A stretch of 64,000 bases of DNA from Mobula hypostoma (GCF_963921235.1 NC_086108.1:74588001-74652000); one strand, 5' to 3'; numbered from the stretch's first letter, positions 39,930-53,500 are shown. The notes: generated by a model not told the origin, from the letters alone. Program-made: numbers and translations.

Positions 39930-41260
39930 GATGAGAAATTGGCTCTTTCAACCCAGCTCATTCATGCCAACTATGATGCCTATCTACACTAATCCCGTTT
40001 GCATGTATTAGGCCTGTATTCCTCTATGCCCTTTTCTATCCAAGTAATTGTTCAAATGCCTTTAAAACATTGTATTTGTATCTGCCTCCACTACCTACTC
40101 TGTCAGCTCATTACAGATAACCACTAATCTCTGTGGTAAAACTAATCCCTGAAATCTCCTTTAACTTCCTCCCCTCTCACCATAAACCTGTGTCCACTAT
40201 TTCTAAAATCTACTGCTTTAGGGGGGTAAAAAAGGCTGACTATCCATCCTGTCTCTGCACTTCACAATCTTACAAAGTTCAAAAAGGTCACTCGTCAGCA
40301 TCCTGCTTTCCAGTGAGAATAAACCCAGCCTACTCAATCTCTCCTTATAAATACAGCTCTTCATTTCAGGTAACATCCAGGCATCTTCTGCATTCTTTCT
40401 ATTACTACCATATTCTTTCTGTGGTGTGGTGACCAGAAATGTACATAATACTCTAAGTGTGGTCTAATCAATATTTTGTACAGCTGCAATATTATGACCC
40501 AACTCTTATACTCAATGCCTTGGCCTATGAAAGCAAGCATATGCAATGGCTTCTATACATACCCTATTTTGAGGCACCTATAGACTTACATCCCAAGACA
40601 TCTCTGTATATCAACAACCTAAAATCCCTGGGATTTACACTATTTATCCTAACAGAATTTGACTTGTCTCACTTTTCTGGCCTAGATTCCACTTGCCACC
40701 ATTCTGTCTTAACTTTTTAGCGGATCTATATCCTGCTGCAGGTTTAAACAACCTTTCTCATTCTCTATGACTATCAATTTTTGTGTCTTTTCCAAACATG
40801 CTCATTACTCTACCTAAGTTCTCATCCAAGTAATTTTTATATTTTACAAACATCAAATGTTCCAGGGCTGAGCTCTGGGACACCGCTGGTTACAGACTTC
40901 CAGTCAGAAAAACATCCATCCACCAGTAACCCCTCTCTCATATCACCAGGTAAATTTTGGATTCAGTTAACCAATCTGCCTGTATCTGAACCTACTGGAA
41001 TAGATTAGCATATGAGACATATCAAAAGCCTTATTAAGATCAAAGCAAAATATGTTTACTGCTCTGTCTTTAACTGTCTACTTAGTTACTTCCTCAAAAT
41101 CCACAGTCAGATTTGAGAAACATAATCTCCCCCGTACCAACTCTGCTGACTCCTAATCAGGTCCCGCCTTTCCAGTGAATATAAATCTTGTCTCTGAGAA
41201 TTTACTTCAACAACTTTCCTACCATTGATGGAAAGCTCCCTGGCTAATAGCTATTCTTGC
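39930..41260 (-). mobile_element. Older CR1 ORF2 3' half
   Basis: MLAFIGQGIEYKSWVIILQLYKILIRPHLEYYVHFWSP; VTSGVP remnant near 40880. Confidence 0.8.
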
Positions 41261-41659
41261 CAGTTATAAGAAATGAAAAGCCTCATATTTTGATGTTCAG
41301 TCCATGAATCCAGTCAATTGTCTCTAAGACACCAAGTGGAGAAATGAGGTTCCTTCTGCAACAAATGTAGATGAGCAGTTTTATTTGTGTTCTGTGATTT
41401 GGGAATGTGGTCACAAATGCATTTTGAGTTGTTCACCATACTTCCCTTGTGTAGAATGGGCTACATCATCCATGACCTGTGTAGTTTTTATTGAGGGCTG
41501 TCCACCCTCTTCAACAGAAGCGGAGCCATGGGCTCACAATATAGACTAAGTAATGAGATACTTGTTTTCTGCATTGGACATGCTGTTGCTAGCATCTGGG
41601 TGATGGATTTATGTCGAGAGCACACGCATGAGCTGCTGTTTCCCATAATGGCCAGCAAG

Positions 41660-41695
41660 ATTCCTGATGAAGGGTCTCGGCCCGAAACATTGATT
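41660..41695 (+). ncRNA. Degenerate minimal hammerhead motif in Penelope-like fragment (about 41662-41757)
   Basis: CTGATGA-A-GGGTCTCGGCCC-GAAA-CATT; cores and stem II intact, stem I weak. Confidence 0.4.
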
Positions 41696-42229
41696 GTACC
41701 TCTTCTTAGAGATGCTGCCTGGCCTGCTGAGTTCACCAGCAACTTTTATGTGTGTTGCAAGATTTTAAATGTGTTTTTGATGGTTTTGACAAGCCCTTTG
41801 TAATGGGATTATGGTGTTGCCCATTCACAGTGGATATTAAAGTCACCGTGAATGGCAGATGAGGCTACAATATGTGGTCCAGCACCCGTAACAATTTATC
41901 TGCATTTTATTTGACCATTCTGTGGTGGCTGCAGGGCCAGAGATAGATTTTAGTTCAGAGCTTACAGCAGGTGTTCCAAGCCATTTTTTTGTAATGAAAT
42001 CTGGACTGAAGAAATTGTGAATGGCAATAATGCCCAGCCCACACATTATTGCCATTCACTACTATACTACAGTGTTAGTTAATATAATTCCTATACTCTA
42101 ATCACACAGTGACACAATTCTTGTGAATTAGGATATGGTGTTTCAGCCTATCTGAAAACCTTCAGAAATGGAAAACAGGGGAAGGTCTGAGTATGGTTTT
42201 GCGTAAGTTCCCAGACCAAATAATTAAAG

Positions 42230-44093
42230 TGATTCTGCTCTGTTCAAAGATGAATAGATAAAATGTCTGAGAATGTGGAAGACACATTGTGCAAAATATT
42301 TAGAACAAAAGAATTTGCTTGGCATCTGGATGAGTCAACTTTGCCAAGCAATGAATCTTTGCTTCTTGGGTATGTTCTCTTCATAAAAGATGAAAGCATA
42401 GTTTAAGAGTTGTTATTTGAAAGGGGACAAGAGACAGATATGAAGTGGAGTCAATATTTTGGGTTGTTGAGCAATTTCTCAGAGAAGGACATTCTGCTCA
42501 CCAATATTTTTGCTTGTCAACAGGCGAGAGGCCATCCATGACAGGACACCACTGTGGGTGGGAGTTACTGCTTGAAAAAAACAGTACTATTCACTGTGTA
42601 ATTCACAGACAACATCTTGCTGCAAAAATGCCCAAGTGATCGGCTGCACAAAGCATTAAATACTGTTATCACAGTAGTAAATAAAATCAAGTCCCATGCT
42701 CTTAATTCTTGACTCTTTCAAGAGATTTGTATTGAAAATGATGAACAGTTTGCACGCTGGCTGTTGCACGCACAAGTCAAATGGCTGTCAAAAAACTGCC
42801 TGAGATGCTTTCACACACTTTTTGAAACGTATAAAACGTATAAAATTCCTTGAAGACTCGAATATTTCATTCAGTAATCAACTCAGGAATATTAGGCATG
42901 ACATTGCCTGTTTGTCAGGATTCGCAAAATTTAATAAAACCGGTCTTCAGTTGTAAGGAAATATTGTGACTCTTACCAAAGTTGAATCAGCCGTTACCAC
43001 ATTTCTGTCCAAGTTAATCCGACTTAAGTGCACCATTGAGCACTGCAACCTTTTCCAGTCCCCAAGTCCCTCTGAATTGGAAGTAAAAGAAACAATACCA
43101 GGTGATGATTTTCAAGTATATTGTGCCTACCTGGGTGAGCTGCATAAGGACATGTCGGAGAGATTGCAGGATCATTGTTTCAAGATTCAGAGGGTGGTGA
43201 ATCTGTGGAATTCTCTGCCCAGGGAAGCAGTTGAGGTTTCTTCACTAAATATATTTAAGATAGAGTTAGATAGATCTTTACATAGTAGGGGAATTAAGGG
43301 TTATGGGGAAAAGGCAGGTAGATGGAGCTGAGTTTACGGACATTTCAGCCATGATCTTATTGAATAAAGGGGCAGGCTTGATGGGCCGGATGGCCTACTC
43401 CTGCTCCTATTTCTTATGTTCTTATGTTCTCGTGATCCAAATTCCAGACTGGGTAATAAATCCATTCCTAAACACGTGTACTGAAGAATTAACAGGAAGG
43501 ATAGAGGAAAAACTGATCTTGCTATAAAATGACTTTGAGCAGAAGCTGAGGTACAAAAAAATCATATCAAGACTTCTGGTTGCAGAAGAAAATCTTTGCA
43601 CGCTATTCTGCACTGTGGAAAAAGGTCAAGATGTTCTTTATTGCCTGTCCAATATAATTTTTAGTGGAGTGCGGTTTCAGTGCAGTTGCCCAACTTCTTA
43701 CAAAACAATGAAACAGACTGTAAATTGCTGAACATGAGGATCTGAGACTCTATCTCAGTGACATTCAGGCTGATGTTGAGAAGCTGATATCACTGCGCCA
43801 AGCCATCCATCTCATTGAAAGGTGAAAAAGCAGTGAATGGTTGGACTACTAATGTACGCTCTAAAACTGTGGATTAAAATTGTTTCCGCTGTAATTAAAT
43901 AATACTGATTTGAAAAAGTTTTGTGATTATTTGTCACTGCTTTGAATTTGCTGTTCCCAATTTCTTTTATTGTGCATTGTAAATCAAAATTCTTTATAGT
44001 TTTTAACTAATGGCCAGAAAGGGAGAGAGAGGTGCTGGCATTGTGGTCTGGAAGCCAAGGGGGCAGAAAACCAAAATGGTTTGGAAACCACTG
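42230..44093 (+). mobile_element. hAT (Charlie/Buster-like) DNA transposon fossil with right TIR
   Basis: LDEST (about 42327), HCVIHRQHL (CxxH), VKWLSK, IPDWVINPF and LVECGFS motifs with stops and frameshifts; terminal GGTTTGGAAACCACTG followed by GTTTAGAA. Confidence 0.85.
43180..43430 (+). mobile_element. CR1 3' end inserted in the hAT transposase
   Basis: QRVVNLWNSLPREAVEVSSLNIFK and (TTCTTATG)n tail; transposase sequence resumes at IQIPDWVINPF. Confidence 0.85.
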
Positions 44094-44212
44094 GTTTAGA
44101 AGGATATGGGCCAAGTGCAGACAACTGGGATTGACTCAGGTAGGTATTTGTGTTAGTATCGATGAATTGGGCCGAAGGGCCTATTTCCTTGTTGTTTTAG
44201 CTCTATGATTCT
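44094..44212 (+). mobile_element. CR1 3' tail flanking the hAT element
   Basis: GTTTAGAAGGATATGGGCC...GGGCCGAAGGGCCT...CTCTATGATTCT. Confidence 0.7.
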
Positions 44213-45289
44213 CAATTTTATTCAGCTTGGTCTGCTTATGGCATGTCTGGAAAAAACATTTCAGTAAGTTCAAACTGCTTATGAGCATTCTATTTGCTTT
44301 CCTGATCATTAATGTTTGCATGAGCAGAGCAAGGTAATCAGTACTGATGAATTTCCTGCATTCAGGGTGAAGCAAGCCTGTTTATGGTGCGGATGCACAG
44401 GTTGAAAAGGGCGGATGCAAGCACTGACAACAGTCAGGGTAGTAATTGATTGTTGTTGTCTTGTTGCCTTTTGCTAATTTGGCAGTATAAATTTATCCAT
44501 CTTGTAACCAGAGCCGAAGTTGTTAATCAAGCACATTATTAATTAGCTAAGTGGCAAAAAAAGCTTAGAATTGTTTGTTTTTAGCAGAACCAAACAATGG
44601 GTAATTTTTTTTATCATGAAGTCTGCAATTTGAATCAAAAACAGGAATAGGCTTTCATCAGGTTCATTACACAAGCCATTTATTTAGGCTTTGTTTTCAT
44701 GCCCTTTAGGTTTTTTTCTCTCTGATATATATCTTTTTATTATTATTATTGTACTGTTAATGGAAGCAATAACCCACAGACTACTTCAGCAGGATCTATC
44801 AAAATCATTAAGAACCTCACAAGATTATTTGTTAACCCTTTGAATACCACAATTGGAAATCATCCTTTCTCATTCAATTCTAACAAACTAGAAAGGTTAC
44901 ATAACTTCCTATAATTAGCTGTTCAAAAGCACCCAAACTTATTCTCTTGACTAAGCTCTTACATAGATTTATGATTGTCCCTATAAACTTGAGTCAAAAT
45001 CAATAGTCTATCTGCATTTCTGGACCATTTCTATTTCCCTATAATTTTAGGGTCATGCATATCTGTCTTGCCCTTCCCACTTTCTCATTTGATTTAATTT
45101 ACAAACACTTAAAAGAATTTTTAATCTTGGTTTTAAAATTACTATTATTTACATATTATTTGTGTCTTGCTGCATCGGCCATACACTCCCCATACTTCTG
45201 TCTATGTTATTTTGACATTTTTCACAGCTTTCTGCACAGTTTTTTAGCCAACTTGTGAAATATCACTAACAATTCTGGCATTATTGAGC

Positions 45290-46470
45290 AGTATAGCACG
45301 AATACAGGCCCTTCAGCCCAATGAGTCCATGCTGACCATGGCACCCACCTAGCTAGTCCCACTTTCCTACATTTGGCCCTTATCCCTTCTAGTCCCACCT
45401 CTCCATGTGCCTATCCGAGTGCTTTTAAATGATATTACTTTTCCTGCCTCAATTACTTCTTCTGGCAGCTCGTTCAATATACTCTCCACTCGCTAGAGAA
45501 ATTTGCTCCTTTTATATCTTTCCCCTCTCATCCTAAATCTATGCTCCATTGATTTGGACTCCCCATCCCAGGGAAAAGACTCATAATTTTAACTATTTCT
45601 ATAAGGTTGTCCCTCATTCTCCTATGTTACAAGAAATAGAGACCTGGCATTGCCAATCTTTCACCATAACTCAGGCCCTCTAGTCTTGACAACATCCCTT
45701 CTGCACTCTTTTCGGTTTAACCACATCTTTTCTATAACAGGGTATCCAAAACTGTACACAGTGCTCCAAGTGTGGCCTCACCAGTGACTTATAAAACTGC
45801 AACATAATGTCCCAGCTCCTATACTCAGTGCCTGTGTGCTAAATGCCTTTTTCACCATTCCTCTACCCGTGATTCTGCTTTCAACTATTTCGGCGCTTGT
45901 AACCCTTGGTCCCTCTGTTCCATTACACTCCTTAATGGCCAACCATTCGTAGTGTCAGTCCTATGCTAGTCTGATTTAACAAATACAACACCTCACACTT
46001 CCTTGTATTGAAATCCATTTGCACTTCTCAACCTCCTCCCCTAACTAAACAAGATACCCTGTGATCTACAATGGCTTTTTTTTCGCAATCAGTAATCTTA
46101 TGTCATCTGTAAACTACTGATCATGCCTTATGCATTCATATCAAAATCACTTATATAAATAATAGCAAACAGGGTTCTCAATTCTGACTCCTGCGGTACA
46201 CAACTAGCCTCCATTCCGAGAAACAACCTTCAACCACCACCTTCTGCTTTCTACCTCTGAGCCAATTTTGAATCCACCTAGTTATCTCTGCCTGGATTCC
46301 AATGAGACCTAACCTTTCAGACCAACCTATCATACAGGACCTTGTTGAAGGCCTGGCTGAAGTTCAGACAGATATCATCCATCGTCATATCCTTAGCTAT
46401 GTGTTTGGTTACCTCTTCAAAAATCTCCAAAAGGTTTGTCATGTATGACTTCCCGCACACAAACCCATTC
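45290..46470 (-). mobile_element. CR1 3' half, decayed
   Basis: ACAGGCCCTTCAGCCCA tail; RPHLEHCVQF and VPQESEL remnants. Confidence 0.8.
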
Positions 46471-46814
46471 TGTAAAAAAAAAGTGGAATAAGGTGCAAGG
46501 AGTTGAATAAACTAGCAAAAAGTTCAAATGGTGAATAATAAGGTCAATTTTTATGACTACTTAGACATTTGGTTACTGTAGACTACCCGCATACTTGAAT
46601 TTGTATTCCTAAAATTCTGATGTTTGGTTGTCAGGTTGACTTTAGCAGTTCCATGACTGTAAGCCATTCCCCACAAAGAAACAATAAAATTGTATTGCTC
46701 AAGTAAAAAGCAAATAATATATTTTGAGAGTTAGCTTTGGAATTTGAGGGAAGTCTAAGGACCATTAAGCAAGCTAGGAGAGAGTAAGACAAGCCTCCAT
46801 ATCTTCATCATAAT

Positions 46815-47121
46815 AGTCAGAGGCTTTTTCCCAGGGCTGAAATGGCTAACACAAGAGCACACAGTTTTACGGTGCTTGGAAGATGTCAGGGATAAGTTTT
46901 TTTAAACACAGAGAGTGGTAAGTGCGTGGAATAGGCTGTCAGCGACGGTGGTGGAGGCATATATGATAGGGTCTTTTAAGGGACTCCTGGATAAGTACAT
47001 GGAGCTTAGGAAAATAGAGGGCTACGGGTAACCCTAAGTCATTTCTAAAGTAAGTACATGTTCAGCACAGTATTGTGGGCTGAAGGGCCTGTATTGTGCT
47101 GTAGGTTTTCTATGTTTCTAT
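46815..47121 (+). mobile_element. CR1 3' end (young subfamily)
   Basis: AGTCAGAGGCTTTTTCCCAGGGCTGAAATGGCT...TTTCTATGTTTCTAT; highly similar to 53697-54007. Confidence 0.88.
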
Positions 47122-47929
47122 CACTGTCAGTGTATAGAAAATTTATAATCTTAGTGTGATTACCTCTAGAATTTCACTCCAATTTGTAGAGCTTTTAATC
47201 ATTTGTAGATAATCAGACATAGGAACCTCTGTTAATATTTACCAAGATGGTAGCTCTGGCTCAGTTGCTTGTACCCATGTCTCTGAATCAGAAGAGTGTG
47301 TGTTCATTACTGAGGGAGAGGCTGTCTTCTGAATGAAAATATAAACTTGCTCTGTTGAATGTGAGACATTTCATGATGTTATCTTGAAACGAGAGGAGAT
47401 TTTTTTGTAGAATTCTAATGAATATTTATCTTGCAGTGAACATCATAAAGACTGATTAAATGGCTGTAATCATATTGCTGTTTGTGAAGGTTTGCTGTGC
47501 TCATATTACATGCTTCATTACTTATATTACACTTTAAAACTATTTAATTAACCTGAAAACAGTCTGAAATGTCATCTGGTTGTGAAAGTTAGTGCATAAA
47601 TAGGTTTCTTTATTTTGAGTGATAAGATGCAATTTAATTATGTTCACAAAAGTATGCCCAAATCACAAAACCTATAAAAACTAAAATTAATTTCTATTAA
47701 TTAAAAAACATGATTTGGTGAAACAGTGGCAACTCCTGGTTAGAATTATGTTGGTTAGTAATACTGTACATGAACAGAAAATACATAACAGGAATTTTTA
47801 TCAGAAGTATCATACTTTCTTGAGAAGAGCCTTCCTGACTTTTAGAACAGTACTGCTGTATAGGATGATAACTACAAGTTTCGGTTTTCAGCATTTCATT
47901 ATCCTATTGAAGATCTTGTCATGACACGT

Positions 47930-48570
47930 CTACAGCATGGCCTAACTTGTTCAGTTGCTAATTTAAGTTATTCCTATCCCTCTGTATTTGGCCTATTTCC
48001 CTCTAATCCTTTCCTAACCATGTAACTGTTTAAATGCCTTTAAAACATTGTATTTGTACTGGCCTCTACCACATCCTCTGGTACCTCATTCCACATATCC
48101 ACCCCACTGTGTAAACAAAGTTGCCTCTCACCCTGTCCTGAGAAAGGGACTGTGGCCATTCACCCTATCAATGCTTTTCATGATTTTATATATATAGTCT
48201 AGCCAGTCCATCCTTTTAACTCAGTCCATCAGCCCGAGTAATATTCTTATGAATCTTTCCTGTACCCTTTCCAGCTTAATGACTTCATATAGCTTGGAAA
48301 TCAGAACCACACACAATATTCCATCTGTGGTTTCACCATTGTGTTGCATCCGATTAGCTACCTCAACCTGGATCCCATGTGATCCAAACTTCTGGACAAG
48401 CCTACCATGCTGGGCCCTTTCAAAGGCCTTGCTAAACTCCATGCAGACAATGGTCACCCTGCTGCCCTTGTTGATTCTCTTGGTCACCTCTTCAGAAATG
48501 TTTAATCAAAACAGACATTATTACTCACAAACAAAGTCACACTTATGATCCCTAATCAGTCCTGCCTTAT
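47930..48570 (-). mobile_element. CR1 fragments with internal deletions
   Basis: MEFSKAFERAQHGRLVQK...LERVQERFIRIL. Confidence 0.75.
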
Positions 48571-50099
48571 GCCGGGTATAAATTTGTAAATTTCTGCTGC
48601 TGATGAGTTTGTATTCTGTTTCTTTACTGTAAGGTCAAAAATAATGTGATTTAACAGGAGTGAAATCTAGTTTTGCTTTTGTGGTTTAATATTACAGCTT
48701 AAAAAAACAATGTGATAGTTACAAATCCAACCTGAACACATCTCTTTGTTAGTTGGAAACATGATCAGCAGATTAGTAATATTTACATTTATTTTCCAGC
48801 TGCAATTATAAATGCTGCAGGCATTTCTCCTAATCAAAGAGGGTTTAACTGCAATAAGCAAAGTGTGGTTTTCAGTCTCCTCCTCTTAGTAGTGGGAACA
48901 TTACTGCCAATTCCTTGTGTAAGTTTATATATTTGCTGGTGCATTTCCAAGCCAAGACAAAGTAAAATGCGGCATTTCCTGACAGTATTTCTTTTCCTGA
49001 TGAGGTCTCTGATTCTTGGCAGTTAATTTTTCCACGTGGACTGTGCTTTGCACATTTTAGAGAACATCTTAGAAGTTCTTTCAATTGAGCAGTAAGATGA
49101 TGTGGAAGCCTAAAGTTGCAAGCCATTATGCTGTCATTAATAGATACTCTTCTAGTTCTACAAATACTCCTGAGAAATCAAAAACATATTTAAAATTTTC
49201 CAGCAAATGATCTGTCTGAAATTAATAAAAAGGGAGCTCTGATTTCAGTGTAAAGCTGGCTATTGCACTGGCAGAATGTTTTTAAAAGCTTTGGGCACTG
49301 GCTATGACTTTTGGATTCATCTGGGACCAAAGTGCTTTGTTTACTGTCTTAGTGTGAGTGAAAGGGACAGCAGGGATGATGAGAGGCTTATCATTCTTTT
49401 TATCTGGGTTGAACTTGGGTCTCAGAGATGAAAAGGTAGTGTTCTTTCCTGCCATGTGTATGATATTAAGCAGAGCTTTACAAAAGCAAATGGAGCCATA
49501 GGGAAATGCAGCAAAGTGGCTTATAAAAAAGCAGGAGGTGGGGAAAAATGTAAGAAATGAACAGTAATGAAAAAAAATCCAATAGAACAACTCGTGCTGA
49601 TACACTTCACAGCTTTGTGGGCATACAATACAAATTCTATAATATTAGGCATGGAATTATTTGGATAGTTATTACTGTTAGCCAGGTTACTTCAACCCCA
49701 ACAAAGCTAGTCGTATTAATTTATAAACAGAATTTTTTTTCTCCATAAAATGACTAAGAGATCCATATTGTTTTAAAAGTACAAATTTAAAATACTTAAA
49801 AGAGAAAATCTTAAGATAATCTGGCTTTCCCAACCTCCATCTGAACTATTTTTGAAAGTAATTGCGATAAATTCCACCACCTGAATTTCAGTTTTGTTCA
49901 TGCATGGTTTATAAGTACATCTTTGCATTGTATGACATGGAGGGATGGAGGGGCGGTGTGAATGGAGCACAGAATATTTATTCTATTTCTCTCCTAATGC
50001 CACATTTTACCATGTTGAAACAGTTATGCCCTTGAGGTGTTTATTTTCTATGTTACTTACCCTTGCTTTATCTGTATCTGTTGTTGTCCTTTCCATTAG

Positions 50100-50257
50100 C
50101 TGGCCTTCCTTTCCTGGTTATCGAAACTAGCACCATCAAACCATATAAGCGTGGATTTTACTGCAATGACGAAAGCATCAAGTATCCCTATAAGAATGGA
50201 GAAACAATCAGTGATGCTGTGCTTTGTGCTGCTGGTATTCTAATCACCATCCTCTCT
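50100..50257 (+). CDS. PLPP3: Internal coding exon (exon 2) of phospholipid phosphatase 3 (lipid phosphate phosphatase LPP3/PPAP2B)
   Basis: Polypyrimidine tract and TTAG acceptor (AG at 50098-50099); GTAAGT donor at 50258. The 158-bp exon starts in phase 1 and ends in phase 0. It translates to (A)[52 protein letters not shown], matching the PLPP-family [13 protein letters not shown] motif and, from recall, PLPP3 specifically ([14 protein letters not shown]). Confidence 0.93.
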
Positions 50258-50576
50258 GTAAGTTTCTCATCACTTTGATCAAATCAATTGTGCCTTTGTC
50301 TGCCTTTTCCAGAATTCCTTAGCAAACATTATTTCTTTAATTAGAACATAGCAATACTAATCAACATTAAAATCAGGGATAAACAAAGCAAATGATCAGC
50401 AATAAGCAAAATGTTAAATGTTGCGAACTAAACTTTTGGTAACTAGAAAAATACAGATCTGATACTCTGCATTCTTAAAAGGGTAATAATCGTGTATTGG
50501 CTGCAAACTGAAACATAATCCAGCATTTTGATGCTTTTAAAATCAAATTTGGGGGAACCAGCTCAAAAGAGTGCCT

Positions 50577-53500
50577 GTAAGGCAGTAGTGATAGGGGACT
50601 CTATAGTTAGGGGCTCAGACAGGCGATTCTGTGGACACAGGAAAGAAACTCGGATGGTAGTTTGCCTCCCAGGTGCCAGGGTCGGGGATGTTTCAGATCG
50701 CGTCCACAATATCCTGCCGTGGGAGGGAGAGCAGCCAGAGGCTGTGGTACATATTGGTACCAACGACATGGGTAAGAAAAGGGAAGAGGTCCTGAAAACA
50801 GACTACAGGGAGTTAGGAAGGAAGTTGAGAAGCAGGACCGCAAAGGTAGCAATCTCGGGATTACTGCCTGTGACAGTGAGTATAGGAATAGAATGAGGTG
50901 GAGGATAAATGCGTAGCTGAGGGATTGGAGCAGGGGGCAGGGATTCAGATTTCTGGATCATTGGGACCTCTTTTGGGGCAGGTGTGACCTGTACAAAAAG
51001 GACGGGTTGCACTTGAATCCCAGGGGGACCAATATCCTGGCAGGGAGGTTTGCTAAGGCTACTGGGGAGAGTTTAAACTAGAATTGTTGAGGGTGGGAAC
51101 TGAACTGAAGAGACTGAGGAAGAGGCTGTTGGCTCACAAATAGAGAAAGCTTGGAGACAGTGTGTGAGGGAGGACAGGCAGGTGATAGAGAGGGGAGGTG
51201 CTCAGACTGACGTTTTGAGATGTGTCTATTTTAACGCAAGGAGTATTGTGAACAAAGCGGATGAGCTTGGAGAGCGTAGATCAGTACTTGGAGCTATGAT
51301 GTGGCTATTACAAGAACCTGGATGGCTCAGGGTCAGGAATGGTTACTTCAAGTGCTGGGTTTTAGATATTTCAGAAAGGACAGGGAGGGAGGCAAAAGAG
51401 GTGGGGGCGTGGCACTGTTGATCAGAGATAGTGTCACGGAGTCTCTGTTAGTGGAGGTTAGGAACAGGATAACTCAATAACTCTACTGGGCGTTTTTATA
51501 GGCCGCTCAATAGTAACAGGGATAGCTAGGAGCAGATAGAGAAACAGATCCTGGAAAGGTGTAATAATAACAGAGTTGTCATGGTGAGAGATTTTAATTT
51601 CCCAAATATCGATTGGCATCTCCCTAGAGCAAGGGGTTTAGATGGGGTTGAGTTTGTCAGGTGTGTTCAGGAAGGTTCCTCGACACGATATGTAGATAAG
51701 CCCACAAGAGGAAAGGCTGTACTTGATCTGGTATTGGGAAATGAACCTGGTCAGGTGTCAGATCTCTCAGTGGGAGAGCATTTTGGAGATAGTGATCACA
51801 ATTCTATCTCCTTTACAATAGCATTGGAGAGAGATAGGAACAGACAAGTTAGAAAAGCATTTAACTGGAGTAAGGGGAATTATGAGGCTATCAAGCAGGA
51901 AATTGGAAGCTTAAATTGGGAACAGATGTTCTCAGGGAAAAGTACAGAAGAAATGTGGCAAATGTTCAGGGGATATTTGTGTGGAGTTCTGCATAGGTAT
52001 GTTCCAATGAGACAGGGAAGTTATGGTAGGGTACAGGAACCGTGGTGTACAAAGGCTGTAGTAAATCTAGTTAAGAAGAAAAGAAAAGCTTACAAAAGGT
52101 TCAGAGAACTAGGTAATGTTAGAGATCTAGAAGATTATAAGGCAAATAGGAAGGAGTTTAGGAAGGAAATTAGGAGAGCCAGAGGGGCCATGAGAAGACC
52201 TTGGGGGGCAGGATTAAGGAAAACCCCATGGCATTCTACAAGTATGTGAAGAGCAAGAGGATAAGACGTGAAAGAATAGGACCTATCAAGTGTGAAAGTG
52301 TGTATGGAACTGGAGGAAATAGCAGAGGTACTTAATGCATACTTCAGTATTCACTATGGAAAAGGATCTTGGTTATTGTAGTGATGACTTGCAGTGGACT
52401 GAAAAGCTTGAGCATGTAGATATTAAGAAAGAGGACGTGCTGGAAGTTTTGGAAAGCATCAAGTTGGATAAGTCGCTGGGACCGGATGAGATGTACCCCA
52501 GGCTGCTGTGGGAGGCGAGGGAGGAGATTGCTGAGCCTCTGGCAATGATCTTTGCATCATCAATGGGGATGGGAGAGGTTCTGAAGGATTGGAGGGTTGT
52601 GGATGTTGTTCCCTTATTCAAGAAAGGAAGTAGAGATAACCCAGGAAATTATAGACCAGTGAGTCTTACCTCAGTGGTTGGTACGTTGATGGAGAAGATC
52701 CTGAGAGGCAGGATTTATGAATATTTGGAGAAGTATAATATGATTCAGAATAGCCAGCATAGCTTTGTCAAAGGCAGGTCGTGCCTTACGAGCCTGATTG
52801 AATTTTTTGAGGAAGTGACTAAACACATTGATGAAGGTAGAGCAGTAGATGTAGTGTATATGGATTTCAGCAAGGCATTTGATAAGTTACCCCATGCAAG
52901 GCTTATTGAGAAAGTAAGGAGGCATGGGATCCAAGGGGACATTGCTTTGTGGATCCAGAACTGGCTTGCCCACAGAAGGCAGAGAGTGGTTGTAGATGGG
53001 TCATATTCTGCATGGAGGTCTGTGACCAGTGGTATGCCTCAGGGATCTGTTCTGGGACCCTTACTCTTTGTGATTTTTATAAATGACCTGGGTGAGGAAG
53101 TGGAGGGATGGGTTAGTAAGTTTGCTAATGACACAAAGGTTGGGGGTGTTGTGGATAGTGTGGAGGGCTGTCAGAGGTTGCAGCAGGACATTGATAGGAT
53201 GCAAAACTGAGCTGATAAGTGGCAGATGGAGTTCAACCCAGATAAGTGTGAAGTGGTTCATTTTGGTAGGTCAAATATGATGTCAGAATATAGTATTGAT
53301 GGTAAGAGTCTTGGCAGTGCGGAGGATCAGAGGGATCTTGGGGTCTGAGTCCATAGGACGCTCAAAGCAGCTGTGGTTAAGAAGGCATATGGTGTATTGG
53401 CCTTCATCAATCGTGGAATTGAATTTAGGATCCGAGAGGTAATGTTGCAGCTATATAGGACCCTGGTCAGACCCCACTTGGAGTAGTGTGCTCAGTTCTG

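Noticed and set aside
42230..43800. Domesticated ZBED/SCAND3-like host gene
   Set aside because: Many stops and frameshifts, a CR1 insertion and a retained TIR indicate a dead transposon
48995..49020. Other CTGATGA occurrences (also near 21554, 44344 and 48600) as hammerheads
   Set aside because: No correctly spaced GAAA or closing stems
50063..50278. 71-aa ORF as a standalone gene
   Set aside because: It is the PLPP3 exon frame extended into intron on both sides; splice signals delimit 50100-50257
50528..50896. Host GDSL/SGNH lipase gene next to a lipid phosphatase
   Set aside because: It is the esterase domain of CR1 ORF1, directly followed by ORF2
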